The notes under the pieces: generated by a model
Told to the model about the DNA's origin: nothing
The model's database searches: none
Seen by the model: the letters and a program-made list of their open reading frames with translations, nothing else
Assembly: GCA_963514005.1 (NCBI GenBank)
Contig: OY740821.1
Coordinates: 15,438,001 to 15,502,000, forward strand
Direction of reading: 5' to 3'
Source: Raja brachyura
Lineage: Eukaryota
Length of the DNA stretch: 64,000 nucleotides
Program-made: the position numbers and the translations under genes
Shown here: in pieces, positions 1 to 12,100 of the stretch
Numbering within the stretch: position 1 is the stretch's first letter
Layout of the letters: every line of letters starts with the position of its first letter

Positions 1-321
1 GTTTTAGTTGTCGATACTGTAATCTGTCCCGTGAATGGGAAAGAATTATTTCCCCACTGCTGGGTGTAAAGTTTCCCAGAGACTGGGTACTCTGTAGCAA
101 CTCCCTCCTTTGAAGTGCCGTCTGAGAAAAATGTATACCCAAAAAGGAATAGCATCTTTAAATATTTAAAACAAGCACTGGAAACAGTATTTTTGTCACT
201 TTTTGGGAAGATTTTGATTAACTCTGAATCTAACTAAATGTCACTTTCAACCAAAGACTAATTCCTAGATTTAATGCTTTTCCTTTTCTGTAACTGACCC
301 CGTGAAATAACTCTACCATCA

Positions 322-517
322 GATAGACACAAAAAGCTGGAGTAACTCAGCGGGTCAGACAGCATCTCTGGAGAAAAGGAATAGGTGACGTTTCAGGTCG
401 AGACCCTTCTTCAGACCCTATTCTTTTCCTCCAGAGATGCTGCCTGACTTGCTGAGTTACTCCAGCATTTTGTGTCTATCTTCGGATAAACCAGCATCTG
501 CCGTTCCTTCCTACACA
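322..517. mobile_element. Penelope-terminus fold-back element
   Basis: Inverted arms gatagacac..gctggagtaactcagc..gcagcatctctggag around a hammerhead. Confidence 0.7.
383..418 (-). ncRNA. Minimal hammerhead ribozyme (Penelope-type) inside a fold-back repeat
   Basis: Minus strand reads GGGT-CTGAAGAAGGGTCTCGACCTGAAACGTC-ACCT. Confidence 0.6.
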
Positions 518-1411
518 ACTCTACCATCAGTCTTGTTTCACCTGCTCCCCCTTCCTAGGTGTTTCATGATTTTCCCGCCTGAAAGCAAATTACTTTAATA
601 TTCATCAAGAGGTGAAGCGGCTAAGAATCACCAGCATAGTGGGCATACATGGTAGGTTGTAATCTTGCCTGCTGAGTACATGTTTGGTATACCACTGTCT
701 GAGTGACTGTAAAATGGAAAATGACCATTGGCGGCAATTACCTAAACTCCTCAGAGAAAGTTATATGGATTATGTCAAAGTGGGACCTTATCATCCTCCT
801 ATATTCAGTATTGACACTGTTCTGTAACTCGGACTCCCAGGACAATGCTCAGATGCCATTACTAAATGCACAGGGGCTCCTCCCCCTCAACCAGGCACAG
901 GGCGTCAGCACTGCCTGCTGCTATAAACGGATTAGGGTCCTTTCACTGGCTATTAGTGGAACAATCTGAGTTTCACAATTACTGTGTATGCAATATTTGC
1001 ATCTCTATCACGGATCATAGCAGAGATAAGAGTGATACTCCAAAGATCAGACATCATAAAGATTGCATTATGAACTTCGCTTCAGCAGTGCAGATTGATT
1101 TTTTGGCAAGGATAGAAAATGTTAATGTACATCTGACAAATCACTATTTTAGTTCTACTAAATTCAGGAACAAGGTCAATGATTAAAGATAGGAAACAAG
1201 CAGAACTGAACGTATCTGAGCCACTCTTTCTCTTGTGCTGTTCAATTACGTTAGTGGTCATTTGTGTGTTTGCCACCTAATTGCCATAGTTTTGTAAAAT
1301 AATTATAGGGAAGATGGAACTGTTATGGAGCATGCGTTATGGGTGGAAGGGACTGCAGTAACAGATGTGTTAGAAAAAAAAACACAGAGGGAATTAATCT
1401 GTGGAACTATT

Positions 1412-1597
1412 TGCTACAGAAGGCTGTGGAGGCCAACAATGGATATTTTTAAGGCAGAAGTAGATAGATTCGTGATTAGTATGGGTGCCAGGGGTTATGG
1501 GGAGAAAGCAGCAGAATGGGGTTAGGAGGGAGAGATAGATCAGCCATGATTGAATGGGCCGAATGGCCTAATTCTGCTCCTATCACTTATCTTATCA
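1412..1597 (+). mobile_element. CR1-like LINE 3' end
   Basis: cagaaggctgtggaggcc..ggttatggggagaa..gccgaatggcct. Confidence 0.7.
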
Positions 1598-2249
1598 CAG
1601 TGTACGATAGAGGAGGATGTGCAGACAGCTGGGGGGCATTGTTAACTAGGTTCAAAAAATGATTGATGATCTAAAAAATAACACTCTTCATCTGCACTTT
1701 CACCTGATACATTATCTTTTCTTTTAATTGGGTGTGTCAGCAGTTCATTTGAGCTTTATTTTATGGCTCATCATAATTCCTGGCTGGATAAGACTGACTC
1801 ATTGAAGGTGCACAGGATCAGGGGTTAATACTGCCATTTGTGGCACTCAAAATGCACAGCTTCATTTAAACTGTTTATGAACAGTACTAGGTGGAATGAA
1901 CCAGCACGGGATGAGGCCGTTCATCCCTTTGAGAGAACTTTCTAATGTGTCTCACATATCACTTCTTTCTCCAGAATCGCGCACTTTTCTCCGCTTCAAT
2001 TACTTTTCCAGCTCTCCTTTTGAAAGTTAAGTTGAATCTGAGATGGATCAGCCCTGCTTAGTGATCAGTTATTTGGCCCCTGAGCCAAGCTACTGCACAG
2101 CAACAGGTAGAATTGGGAAGAAAACACCCTTTTCTACATATACCAGCCAACCGCTAACAGTGGAGACACAAGGAACTGCAGATAATGGAATCTTGAGCAA
2201 TTCATAAAGTGCTGGAGCGACTCATTGGGTCAGGCAGCATCTGTGGGGA

Positions 2250-2530
2250 ATGGGAATGTCTGTGCCGAACATAATGCCAAGAGAAACTAACCTCATCTGC
2301 CTACATGTGAACCAGCATATCATGTGGCAATCTGAAAGCCTCTTAAACACCACAACCATACCTGCCTCCACCACCCCTGATAGCGCATTCCAGGCACCCA
2401 CCACCCAATGTGTTAAAAAAAAAAACCTTGTCCTGCATATCTTTAAACGTTTCTCCTCTCACATTAAAACGTTGTCCTCTAGTCATTGACATTTCCACTC
2501 TCGGGAAAAAGGTTCTGACTGTCTACCATA
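2250..2530 (-). mobile_element. CR1-like LINE 3' fragment (related copy at about 41245-41510)
   Basis: VVGAWNALSG..FKRL; aatgtctgtgccgaacat shared between the copies. Confidence 0.65.
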
Positions 2531-3017
2531 TCTGAACTGCTGAGTTCCTCCTGCATTTTGTGTTAAAACTCAGTAAAGATTCCAAGTCAGATGTAAATGT
2601 AACAATTTTGTAGGCAATTGTCTCAACCCCATCATGCTTAAATCATAACATTCCAGCCAAAATGTACTTCTCTGCTGGTTAAGGATCTTAGCCATTTACC
2701 TGACCCCAACACATCCGGTAAGAATGGGAACAACAATGGGAACCCAAATGTATGCTTGCTCTAACGCAAGACTGATTCTCAATACCCGACAGCAATTCTC
2801 TGTAGAGAGAGTGAAAGGCAATGTAGCTGACCTGAAGAATTCTAGTGGCAGCCAGAGAGAGGTGTACTTTAAAACAGAGGTGGGGACAACCACACAGGAC
2901 AAAGACTACATTCATATCTGGAGCAGTTGCCTGTGATGCAAACTATTTTATTATTTTAAATACAATTGGATGGATTCATTAATTTCATCATTTTAATTTG
3001 TTTCTCAGCAAGCAACC

Positions 3018-3143
3018 ATGATTAAGAAATCATCATACTTGGACAATGCGGTCGGGGTGGGTGACCTGGTGCTATTGGAGCCTCTCACCGATGAGTCTCT
3101 ACTTTCAAATCTCAAGGAACGATTCAGCAAAAGTGAGATCTAC
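3018..3143 (+). CDS. myo1a: myosin I coding exon 1 (ATG at 3018)
   Basis: [27 protein letters not shown]; acceptor tttctcag at 3008 implies an upstream UTR exon; donor gtaagt. Confidence 0.93.
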
Positions 3144-6100
3144 GTAAGTAAAGTGAGAGGGAAGACTCCTGTGTGATAGTTTTCACCTTCAATTGAGATG
3201 ATCTGATATAACTGGGAACAGATACACTGTTCAGATGTGACACTTATGGCTTCCCTGCAATTTCCAGATGAGACCAGTGCCTCTAAAGGTTGGCTGCTCA
3301 GTCAGTTCTCTGTGGGCCAATGAGTGTTTTGTTTGATAGTCCACTGTTGGGAAATGCAGTAGTTCACAGGGCATGCCTCATGGACTTGAGGCCCTGATAC
3401 TGCCCGTGCGTGTGCCTTGGAGAATTCGGTGGTATTTGTCCAAAATATGCGCCAACCTTGCAGTGGATGAACAGGAAATAGTCTAATGTCATCCTCCTGG
3501 TACAACTGCATACTACACGGTTGATTGCAGAGCCTGATACATGTACTTGGTGGTTTCTTCCAGTAATGTTTGCCATGTACATGTTGCGTAATGCACAGTG
3601 GATGACAGTGAGCGGGTTAGTCTCTACACAGAGACCATTTTGTGCATGTGGCCTTCTCATCAGGGTGAAGGGGCGAGCAGAGAAACCTAGAATGGTATGT
3701 GTAAGATGCTGATAGATTCTTGTCATTTCACTTATTCTCACAGACCTACATTGGGAGTGTTGTTATTTCAATCAATCCCTACAAGACGCTTCCTATCTAT
3801 GGCCAGGAGCAAATCAACAAGTACCGCAACTCTAACTTTTACGAGTTGAGTCCTCACCTGTAAGTAGAGTCAGTGAAAGCACGCCCGTTTCCCCCAAATT
3901 GAATTGAAGCAAATGCTTTCGTCCTCTGTCAATCAAACCTGGTGAGTCATTGCTGTAAGTGATTGATTGATTTTATCCCCCTAACTGGTATGTGACTATC
4001 CTTACTCACTGCATTTTTCTCTTGAAGTTATGTGGAGGTAACAATTGCAGAATGGTTTGGGAAGCATTTGGCTGCTTCATTGCAATAGGATTTCTCTGGA
4101 CAGATGAGCACAAATGGACTGAATGGCCGATGTCATCTGTACTAACCTTGTGAAATCATCTCAACACAGAATTCTAGGTTCACCTGATCGTTTGTAGTTA
4201 ATGGCTATCAGGGCCGTTGCTGTATGATCGAACTATGTTTCTATTGTGTCGATTCTGGGATCCTTCCTGGTGTTTCAAAACTATATCCATTTTTTGGGGG
4301 GAAGGTATAAACTTTGAAAGTAGACAGCTGAAAAACAAGTGCCCACAGAATGAAGAAATGTCAGCAGCAGGAAAGATTTTATGCAATATGTTTACAGCAG
4401 AAATCGAAAGGGGAAGTTCTCCTTTCACCTTTTAGTTCTTTGAACATATGAACTGATAAGATTAATAGATTGTACATAACAACATACAAGTGTAACATCT
4501 ATGGCAGACAGTTTGTAAAGTACAGGGCTAGTCAGGAGTCTCTGTACAACCGAGACTGGATAGACTCATAGAAACATAGAAACATAGAAATTAGGTGCAG
4601 GAGTAGGCCATTTGGCCCTTCCAGCCTGCACCGCCATTCAATATGATCATGGCTGATCATCCAACTCAGTATCCCGTACCTGCCTTCTCTCCATACCCTC
4701 TGATCCCCTTAGCCACAAGGGCCACATCTAACTCCCTCTTAAATATAGCCAATGAACTGGCCTCAACTACCCTCTGTGGCAGAGAGTTCCAGAGACCCAC
4801 CACTCTCTGTGTGAAAAAATTCCTTCTCATCTCGGTCCTAAAGGATTTCCCCCTTATCCTTAAGCTGTGACCCCTTGTCCTGGACCTCCCCAACATCGGG
4901 AACAATCTTCCTACATCTAGCCTGTCCAACCCCTTAAGAATCTTGTAAGTTTCTATAAGATCGCCTCTCAATCTCCTAAATTCTAGACAGTATAAACCGA
5001 GTCTATGCAGTCTTTGTTCATAAGACAGTCCTGACATCCCAGGAATCAGTCTGGTGAACCTTCGCTGCACTCCCTCTATGGCAATAATGTCCTTCCTCAG
5101 ATTTGGAGACCAGAACTGTACGCAATACTCCAGGTGTGGCCTCATCAAGACCCTATACAACTGAAGTAGAACCTCCCTGCTCCTATACTCAAATCCTCGG
5201 CTTGTACTCGCTGGAATTTAGAAGATTGAGGGGGGATCTTATAGAAACGTACAAAATTCTTAAGGGGTTGGACAGGCTAGATGCAAGAAGATTGTTCCCG
5301 ATGTTGGGGAAGTCCAGAACAAGGGCTCACAGTTTAAGGATAAGGGGGAAGTCTTTTAGGACCGAGATGAGAACAAATATTTTCACATAGAGAGTGGTGA
5401 ATCTGTGGAATTCTCTGCCACAGAAGGTAGTTGAGGCCAGTTCATTGGCTATATTTAAGAGGGAGTTAGATGTGGCCCTTGTGGCTAAAGGGATCAGGGG
5501 GTATGGAGAGAAGGCAGGTACAGGATACTGAGTTGGATGATCAGCCATGATCACATTAAATGGTGGTGCAGGCTCGAAGGGCCGAATGGCCTCTACACCT
5601 GCGCCTATTTTCTATGTTTCTATGTTATAACCTTTTCCCCTCCTTTTAGTTTAGTTTAAGGATACAGTGTGGAAACAGGCCCTTCAGCCCACCGATTCCA
5701 TGCCGACCAGCGATCACGTGTTCACTAATTCTATCTGACACTCTAGGGACAATTTACAGAAACCTAAAAACCTGCACGTCTTTGGAATGTGAGAGTAAAC
5801 CAGAGTACCGGGAGAAATTAGTTTCTGGAAATTAAACACTCTCTTTAACAAAATATTAAGCCGCAGATGACGGCAAGGAAAATGTCACAGAAATATAGCA
5901 AACTCAAAGCTTCTAATCAACTCATTTCTCCATGCAGCTATGCCATTGCTGATGAGGCATATAGATCACTCCGAGACAGAAACAAGGACCAATGTGTTCT
6001 CATCACCGGGGAGAGTGGCTCAGGAAAAACAGGTATTGTAACTTGGGTCACAGCCGATGAGGCCGGCTATTAACTAATCCTGGAGAGTATCTTCCGTAAG

Positions 6101-9100
6101 GCTTTCTCCCAGGAGCCACCTAAAATCAAATAGAATGTGCAACAATGTAATGTTTGGGTGTGATTCAAACCCTGAATGTGGAATTTCGACCGAGAGACGA
6201 CTCTGGACCAGTTGCTGAGTGATTATCAGCAGCTAAACTAAGATTGCACCAGATGGATTGTCCTGCAGGAGTAATTTAGTCTTGTTTAATGCACTGCTCT
6301 CAAGGTCGTCAGTTGCTTTGTGCAATTGGAAACTGAGAAACCAATGCACCTTTTACATTCTTGGAGAATTTAATCCTGTAATAAAAACATAAAACCATTA
6401 ACTTAGTTTGTAATATAGATTTCCTACTGATAGAAAGCAAAGGTCATTATGACAATCTGTGGTAAATGTGGCGTGAAATGGCTTAAAAGAGTAATATAGT
6501 TGGTGTAACATTGAAAAGAGAAAGCTAGTGAATTCTGAAATAGCATCAAACAGTTCTGGTAGAACACAACATGTCAGACAGCACCTGGGAAAAAAATGAC
6601 TAGTTAACCTGAAGTATCTGCCTATCCTTATCCAAATCCCAAATAACTTACTTTTTAGCTAGAATATTTATTTCCACAGTTCCCAGCCCATTAGAAGTGT
6701 GTGCATGCGTTTCTATGGCAGGAGGTGGGTGGAGTTAAAGTCTGTTCCCGTTATTTCGAATGAGACCTTAGGCAACCCCTGGTTGTGGCCGTTCAAGTTA
6801 TGGATATTCTCCCCTACAGAATTTGCAAATCCCTGCCCAAAGGTTCAAGCTATAGAATTAAATTCCCTCTCATGGAATTTATGTGGGGGATAAGAAGTAA
6901 ATACAGAAACAATATTTTCTTCAACTCGCATTTCCTGATGCATGGGCGGGCAGCGAGGCTTCACGTTATGGAAAATTGTGATGTGGCCGGTTGCCAGGTA
7001 CACAACCTCCTTGATAAGGATGGGTTGTCTGTACTAGAGAAGGCCTGCACAGAGAACGCCAATTGACCCATTGAAGTTATGTTGATTAAACAGGTTCCAC
7101 TTATTTTTATTGCTATCTCTAACGTGATATGTATTACTCAACCAACATCACTATAACCTTGTCCCTAATTCTGCTAGATTGTTATTGCATTTTTATCCTG
7201 GTTAGGGCAGCAATGGAGGCCCCATTTATCATGTGGCAGCTTCACTGCATTTGTTTCCCCGAAAGTGAATCTGTCAGAAAAGAAATCTTCCCAGTCAAAG
7301 CTGGATAAACCTTGCCTTCCATGCCATGGAATGCGCTGCTATTTATTTGATGATACCAGGAACCCCAGGTAAATCCACCTCAGGTTGAGAGGATTTAGGA
7401 GCAAAAGGAATTCCGAATTCCTCATTTCTCACTTGCCTTCATAGAAGATAGTGTGATGATAGAATGGAACTATAAACCTGGTGGAGAGAAATGCTAAGGT
7501 TTTTTCTATCTCTGTTTTTTCTACCCACAGAGGCCAGTAAACTTGTCATGTCATATATTGCTGCAGTTTGTGGCAAAGGAGATGAGGTCAATAAGGTCAA
7601 GGAGCAGCTTCTGCAATCAAATCCCATACTGGAAGGTCAGGCACACCCGCATGTATCAGCTCTTCACTGAAATGTGTTCTTTCCATGATCTGTCCTGACA
7701 TTGTTAAATCTCACCAGGGTGCGGGTTCCTTCATAATCTATAAATTAGAAATCTGAAATCACCAGAAAATGCTGGAAATACTCCACAGGTTGGGCAGTGT
7801 ATGTGGAGAGAGAAACACTTTCAACTTTAAACTCTATTTTTGTCTCCTCTGATGCTGTTTGACCTCCTGAGTATTCCCAGTTCTTTCTATTTTTATTATG
7901 GATTTTCTCCACTGCTTTCAGTTTGAACATAGTAGGCTAAGTGGCCTCCTGAATTGTAACTTGGGTGATTCTGTGATGCCTCACCCTCTCTTCATATGTA
8001 AGCCTTGATTTTGTGCCTTGACAGTGTATTCTATGATAGGGGCCCAATTACCAAGACTAATGCTGTCTTTGCCTGGCATCCTCTCCGTTTATAGGAGTGC
8101 TTGGTTAGTCATCAGGAGCAAGGATCCTGGTTGCTTTTGTTTTCTTCTCCCTTTCCCTAACCCAGGGGGTGCTGTGGCTAGTTGCAGCATCGCAGCAACA
8201 GTCAGAACTAAAGAAAGACAACACAACACGGAGCCCAGGTAGAACCTGGTATCCACCTTGTCTGAAATGAATCAAGGCACAAAGGGAAGATCAGACCTTT
8301 ATTTAAATTGACTCCATAAGTTCTAAAGAGAACACTACAAATCTAAATCGGGTCTAACTTGGGGTGAAATTGGTTTTTGGTAGTGACTCAAAACATTTGC
8401 ATGGTTAGCACAGAAGTGGCGGCCCTATTTACCTGGTGGCAGCTTCACTACATTGTTTCCCCAAAAGTGAATCTCTCCGAACATAAATCTTCCCAGTCAA
8501 AGCTGGATAAACCTTGCCTTCTTCCATGCCATGGAATTCACCACTATTTATTTGATGATACCAGGAAGCCCAGGTAAATCTACCTGAGGTTGAGAGCATT
8601 TAGAAGCAAGAGGAATCCAGGATTCCTCATTTCTCACCTGCCTTCACAGAAGATAGTGTGTAACTAGTTTTTGGTAGAGACTAAAACATTTGTCAATCAT
8701 TATATCAATGTCTGGCATGATATATGCCTGGCACTTTACTTCCCTTGCCTATGCCCAGTTTGTTACTATTAGACCTTGGACGATAAAATGATCAATCTGC
8801 ACAAATCCACGTGGCTGATTTTCAATAGTCCAATTTGAAATTCCATATGGGAAAGCAAATGGAACATGCAGCCCGCTGATCACCGACTCATTTCCACACC
8901 CTTGCCAGTGTAACTCTTTAATCTAGAGCTGCCAGCCTCCAATCAGTAACATCAACGATGTCTGGGACGCAGTGGGAGAGTGAAGACTATTGGCTGTGTC
9001 GCCTCTTGCCTTGTATTATTGTTGATCTCTTCCCGTGGAGCCAGTCCCGATTGTGCTTTGAACCCTTTTTCTTTTCACAGCTTTTGGGAACGCCAAGACC

Positions 9101-12100
9101 ATACGGAATGACAACTCCTCCAGATTTGTACGTATTATTGTGGCCCTGTTAGCTAATGTGTAAACATGAGGGAAGGGGAATGAGGCCAGTTAGGGATGCA
9201 TTTTGGGTATGGAGAGAATTAGTTGGGTCAATAAAACATTTTAAGTCTCGTATTTTGCAGTTCCACCCAAGGTCCACATATTTAGTTCTCTGTATAAAGG
9301 ACAATTTTTGGCCAGTTTGCGTCTGTCTCCCGGCACCACTGAGCAGCTGGACAGCATCTGTGAGAAGGTGACTGGATGGGGACTATAGCTGCCCTTCACA
9401 AAGAGGTCATGGCTGGGGGAGTGGGATGGGATGAACAGCAGGCATCTCGATAGACTGCATGCAGCACCCTCCCAGGCATATTGGAGGGGGACAGGTTTAG
9501 GGTAGAGGAAGCTATTATTTACATTGAGTTGTGGCTTTCTTTACATTTTTATGGGTATCAATAAAGAAATAAGTGTTTTCTTGCATTTGTATTTGTCATT
9601 AACTGAATTTCTGTGTTCAGGGAAAATACATGGACATTGAATTTGACTTCAAGGGCGATCCATTGGGTGGAGTCATCAGTAACTGTAAGTGCTGGTCTTC
9701 ATAATGGAGTCATCCCGTTTCTCAATAGTCCTGGATTTGGCGTGCTGAACATCTCCACTCAGTCCGTCTTAACCTACCTGATCATCCGGTTGCTCAGCAC
9801 TTCAACTCCCCCTCCCATTCCCAATCTGACCTTTCTGTCCTGGGCCTCCTCCATTGTCAGAGTGAGGCCCAGCCTAATTTGGAGGAACAGCGCCTCATAT
9901 TTTGCTTGGGCAGCTTACACCCCAGCGGTATGAAATTGACTTCTCTAACTTCAAATAGCCCTCTCTCTCCATCCCCTCCCTCTTCCCAGTTCTCCCACCA
10001 GTCTTACTGTCTCCGACTACATTCAATCTTTGTCCCGCCCACTCCTCTGACGCCAGTCTGAAGAAGGGTCTCGACCCGAAACATCACCCATTCCTTCTCT
10101 CCAGAGATGCTGCCTGTTCTGCTGAGTTACTCCAGCATTTTGCGTCTACCTTCGATTTAAACCAGCATCTGCAGTTCTTTCTTACACAAGCTGCCTCAGC
10201 TCCCTGTTTACCTCTGGAGCAGAGACCTGGGACAGCAACTAGCAGAGAAGAGAAGATGTTGACTAGTCATCTGGGAACATTCAGCCATTAACAGGAACCA
10301 AGCAGTGACAATAGACAAACATCTGGCAACAAAAAAGCAGTGAAAAAGCAGTCATCCAGCAGCTGGGGAACAAACTGCAAAGAGGAAACAGTCAACAGCC
10401 AACAGTCGGCCACAAACAGTCGGCAGATATCAAACAACTGGCAGTAATATTCAGCAAACAGTTGACAGCATAATAGGAAACATCTGGCAACAAACTATTG
10501 ACGGCTGCAAAGAGCCATCAAATATCAAACATCTGGCAGCATCAGTCAGCTCAGAGCCGGCAGAAAATAGTCAACAAATACCAAAGCTGGCAGCATGCAG
10601 CCAGAGAGCAACTGGAAAAATACAGTCCGCATTCGCCTGGCAGCATCGATAAACATGCAAGCAGCAGTCAGCAATGGCAAGCAGCTGGCAACAAAGTCCG
10701 CAAACAGCTGGCAATGCAGCAAATTGCCTACAGCATATATATGCAGCATGTGCAGCTGACAAGACAATCAGCAAACTGTTGGTAAAGCAACAAACAGCAG
10801 GCAAATAGGAAATAGCTGGCAATGTATTGTGCAAATTGTTGGCAAAATAGCAAACATCTGGCAGCAAACCAAAAAAAGGCCAGTAGCTGGTAGCAATTCA
10901 ACAAATGGATGGCAGGGCAGCAAACAGCTGGATACGAGCTGTTGTCAAATAGCAGAGCAATAACAAAGTCTGCAAACAGCTGGCAGCAGACTTGGTAAAC
11001 AGCAACCGGTGGGAATAGTCAGCAAACAGTTGGCTGTAAAATGTCTGCCATTAAACAACATAACATTTAACAACAATAAGGTGTACTATAACCACATTTA
11101 AAAGATATTTGGGCAGGGACAGCGATAGGAAAGGTTAAGATGGAGATGGACCATAATTGGCAACAACAACATATCTTTCTGGTCAGTGCATCGCAGAACA
11201 GGGCAGAACGGGGGCCTCTGTTATGTGGCAGAATCATTATAGTCTCACAGGAGCAAAAAATAAGATACTTCTATCTAAAATAGGTAAGATTGGCAGTATA
11301 GGTCACCTGTATTGCTACTATACCAGGTCTATGGCCGTGCAGCCCAAAATCTGAAGCGGCAGTGGGCGGTGGGAGTGCTTGCAATACAATTAGTGTTTAC
11401 AGATTCACAAAGAGAAGCATTACAACAAAGTTCACCATTGATTCCATACCAGCTTTCTGTTGATCAATCCCGTCACTCACATCCCTGCAGGGTATTCTTT
11501 CCCCACTGCCTATCCCTTTTTAAGGGGACGCAAAGGAACTGGGTTACAGAAAAAACCCACACAAAAGGCTCCAGCACTTTGTGTTTTCTTCCTTTTTAAC
11601 GGCCAGATTAACTGTTTCCACCACCTTTCAGACAGTGAGTTCCAGATCATCACCACCCTGCACAAAACAAAAGGCTTTCCCTCACAAACCTCCTGTACCC
11701 TTTGCCCATCACTTTTTTCCTTCCACACTAATCCTTAGTTTTGGAAGAAAACCCTTAGCTGCTGTTACCGTAGGAAGTCTGTGATCCAATCCTAGATTTC
11801 AAACTCTGGGAGACCACTTGTATTGCATGATTTCATCCATTTTCCCATGAAAGAAAAAGAGTGGCCTTAAAATTCCAACAAAGAGCTGCCAAGCAGCGTC
11901 AAGTGGGAGAAAGGCCTGCCTAGCCAATTATCTTGTGCATGACCTCGTGCCCCAAGTGCAAAATCTTATAACATGATGATTTTCACACTGCCTCGGAAAA
12001 GTACCCAACATACTTAAAGACTTGTCCCACCCTGGTCATTCCTCCTACTCCCTGCTCTCATCTGGCAGGAGATACAGAAGATTGAAAGCACATACCACCA

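Noticed and set aside
560-960. Candidate myosin 5' UTR exon or TATA (donor-like ggtagg near 652, ctataaa at 921)
   Set aside because: An upstream exon is implied but cannot be placed from sequence alone.
4666-5160. 164-aa ORF as a host gene (also 19256-19627 and 62089-62388)
   Set aside because: C-terminal fragments of LINE ORF2.
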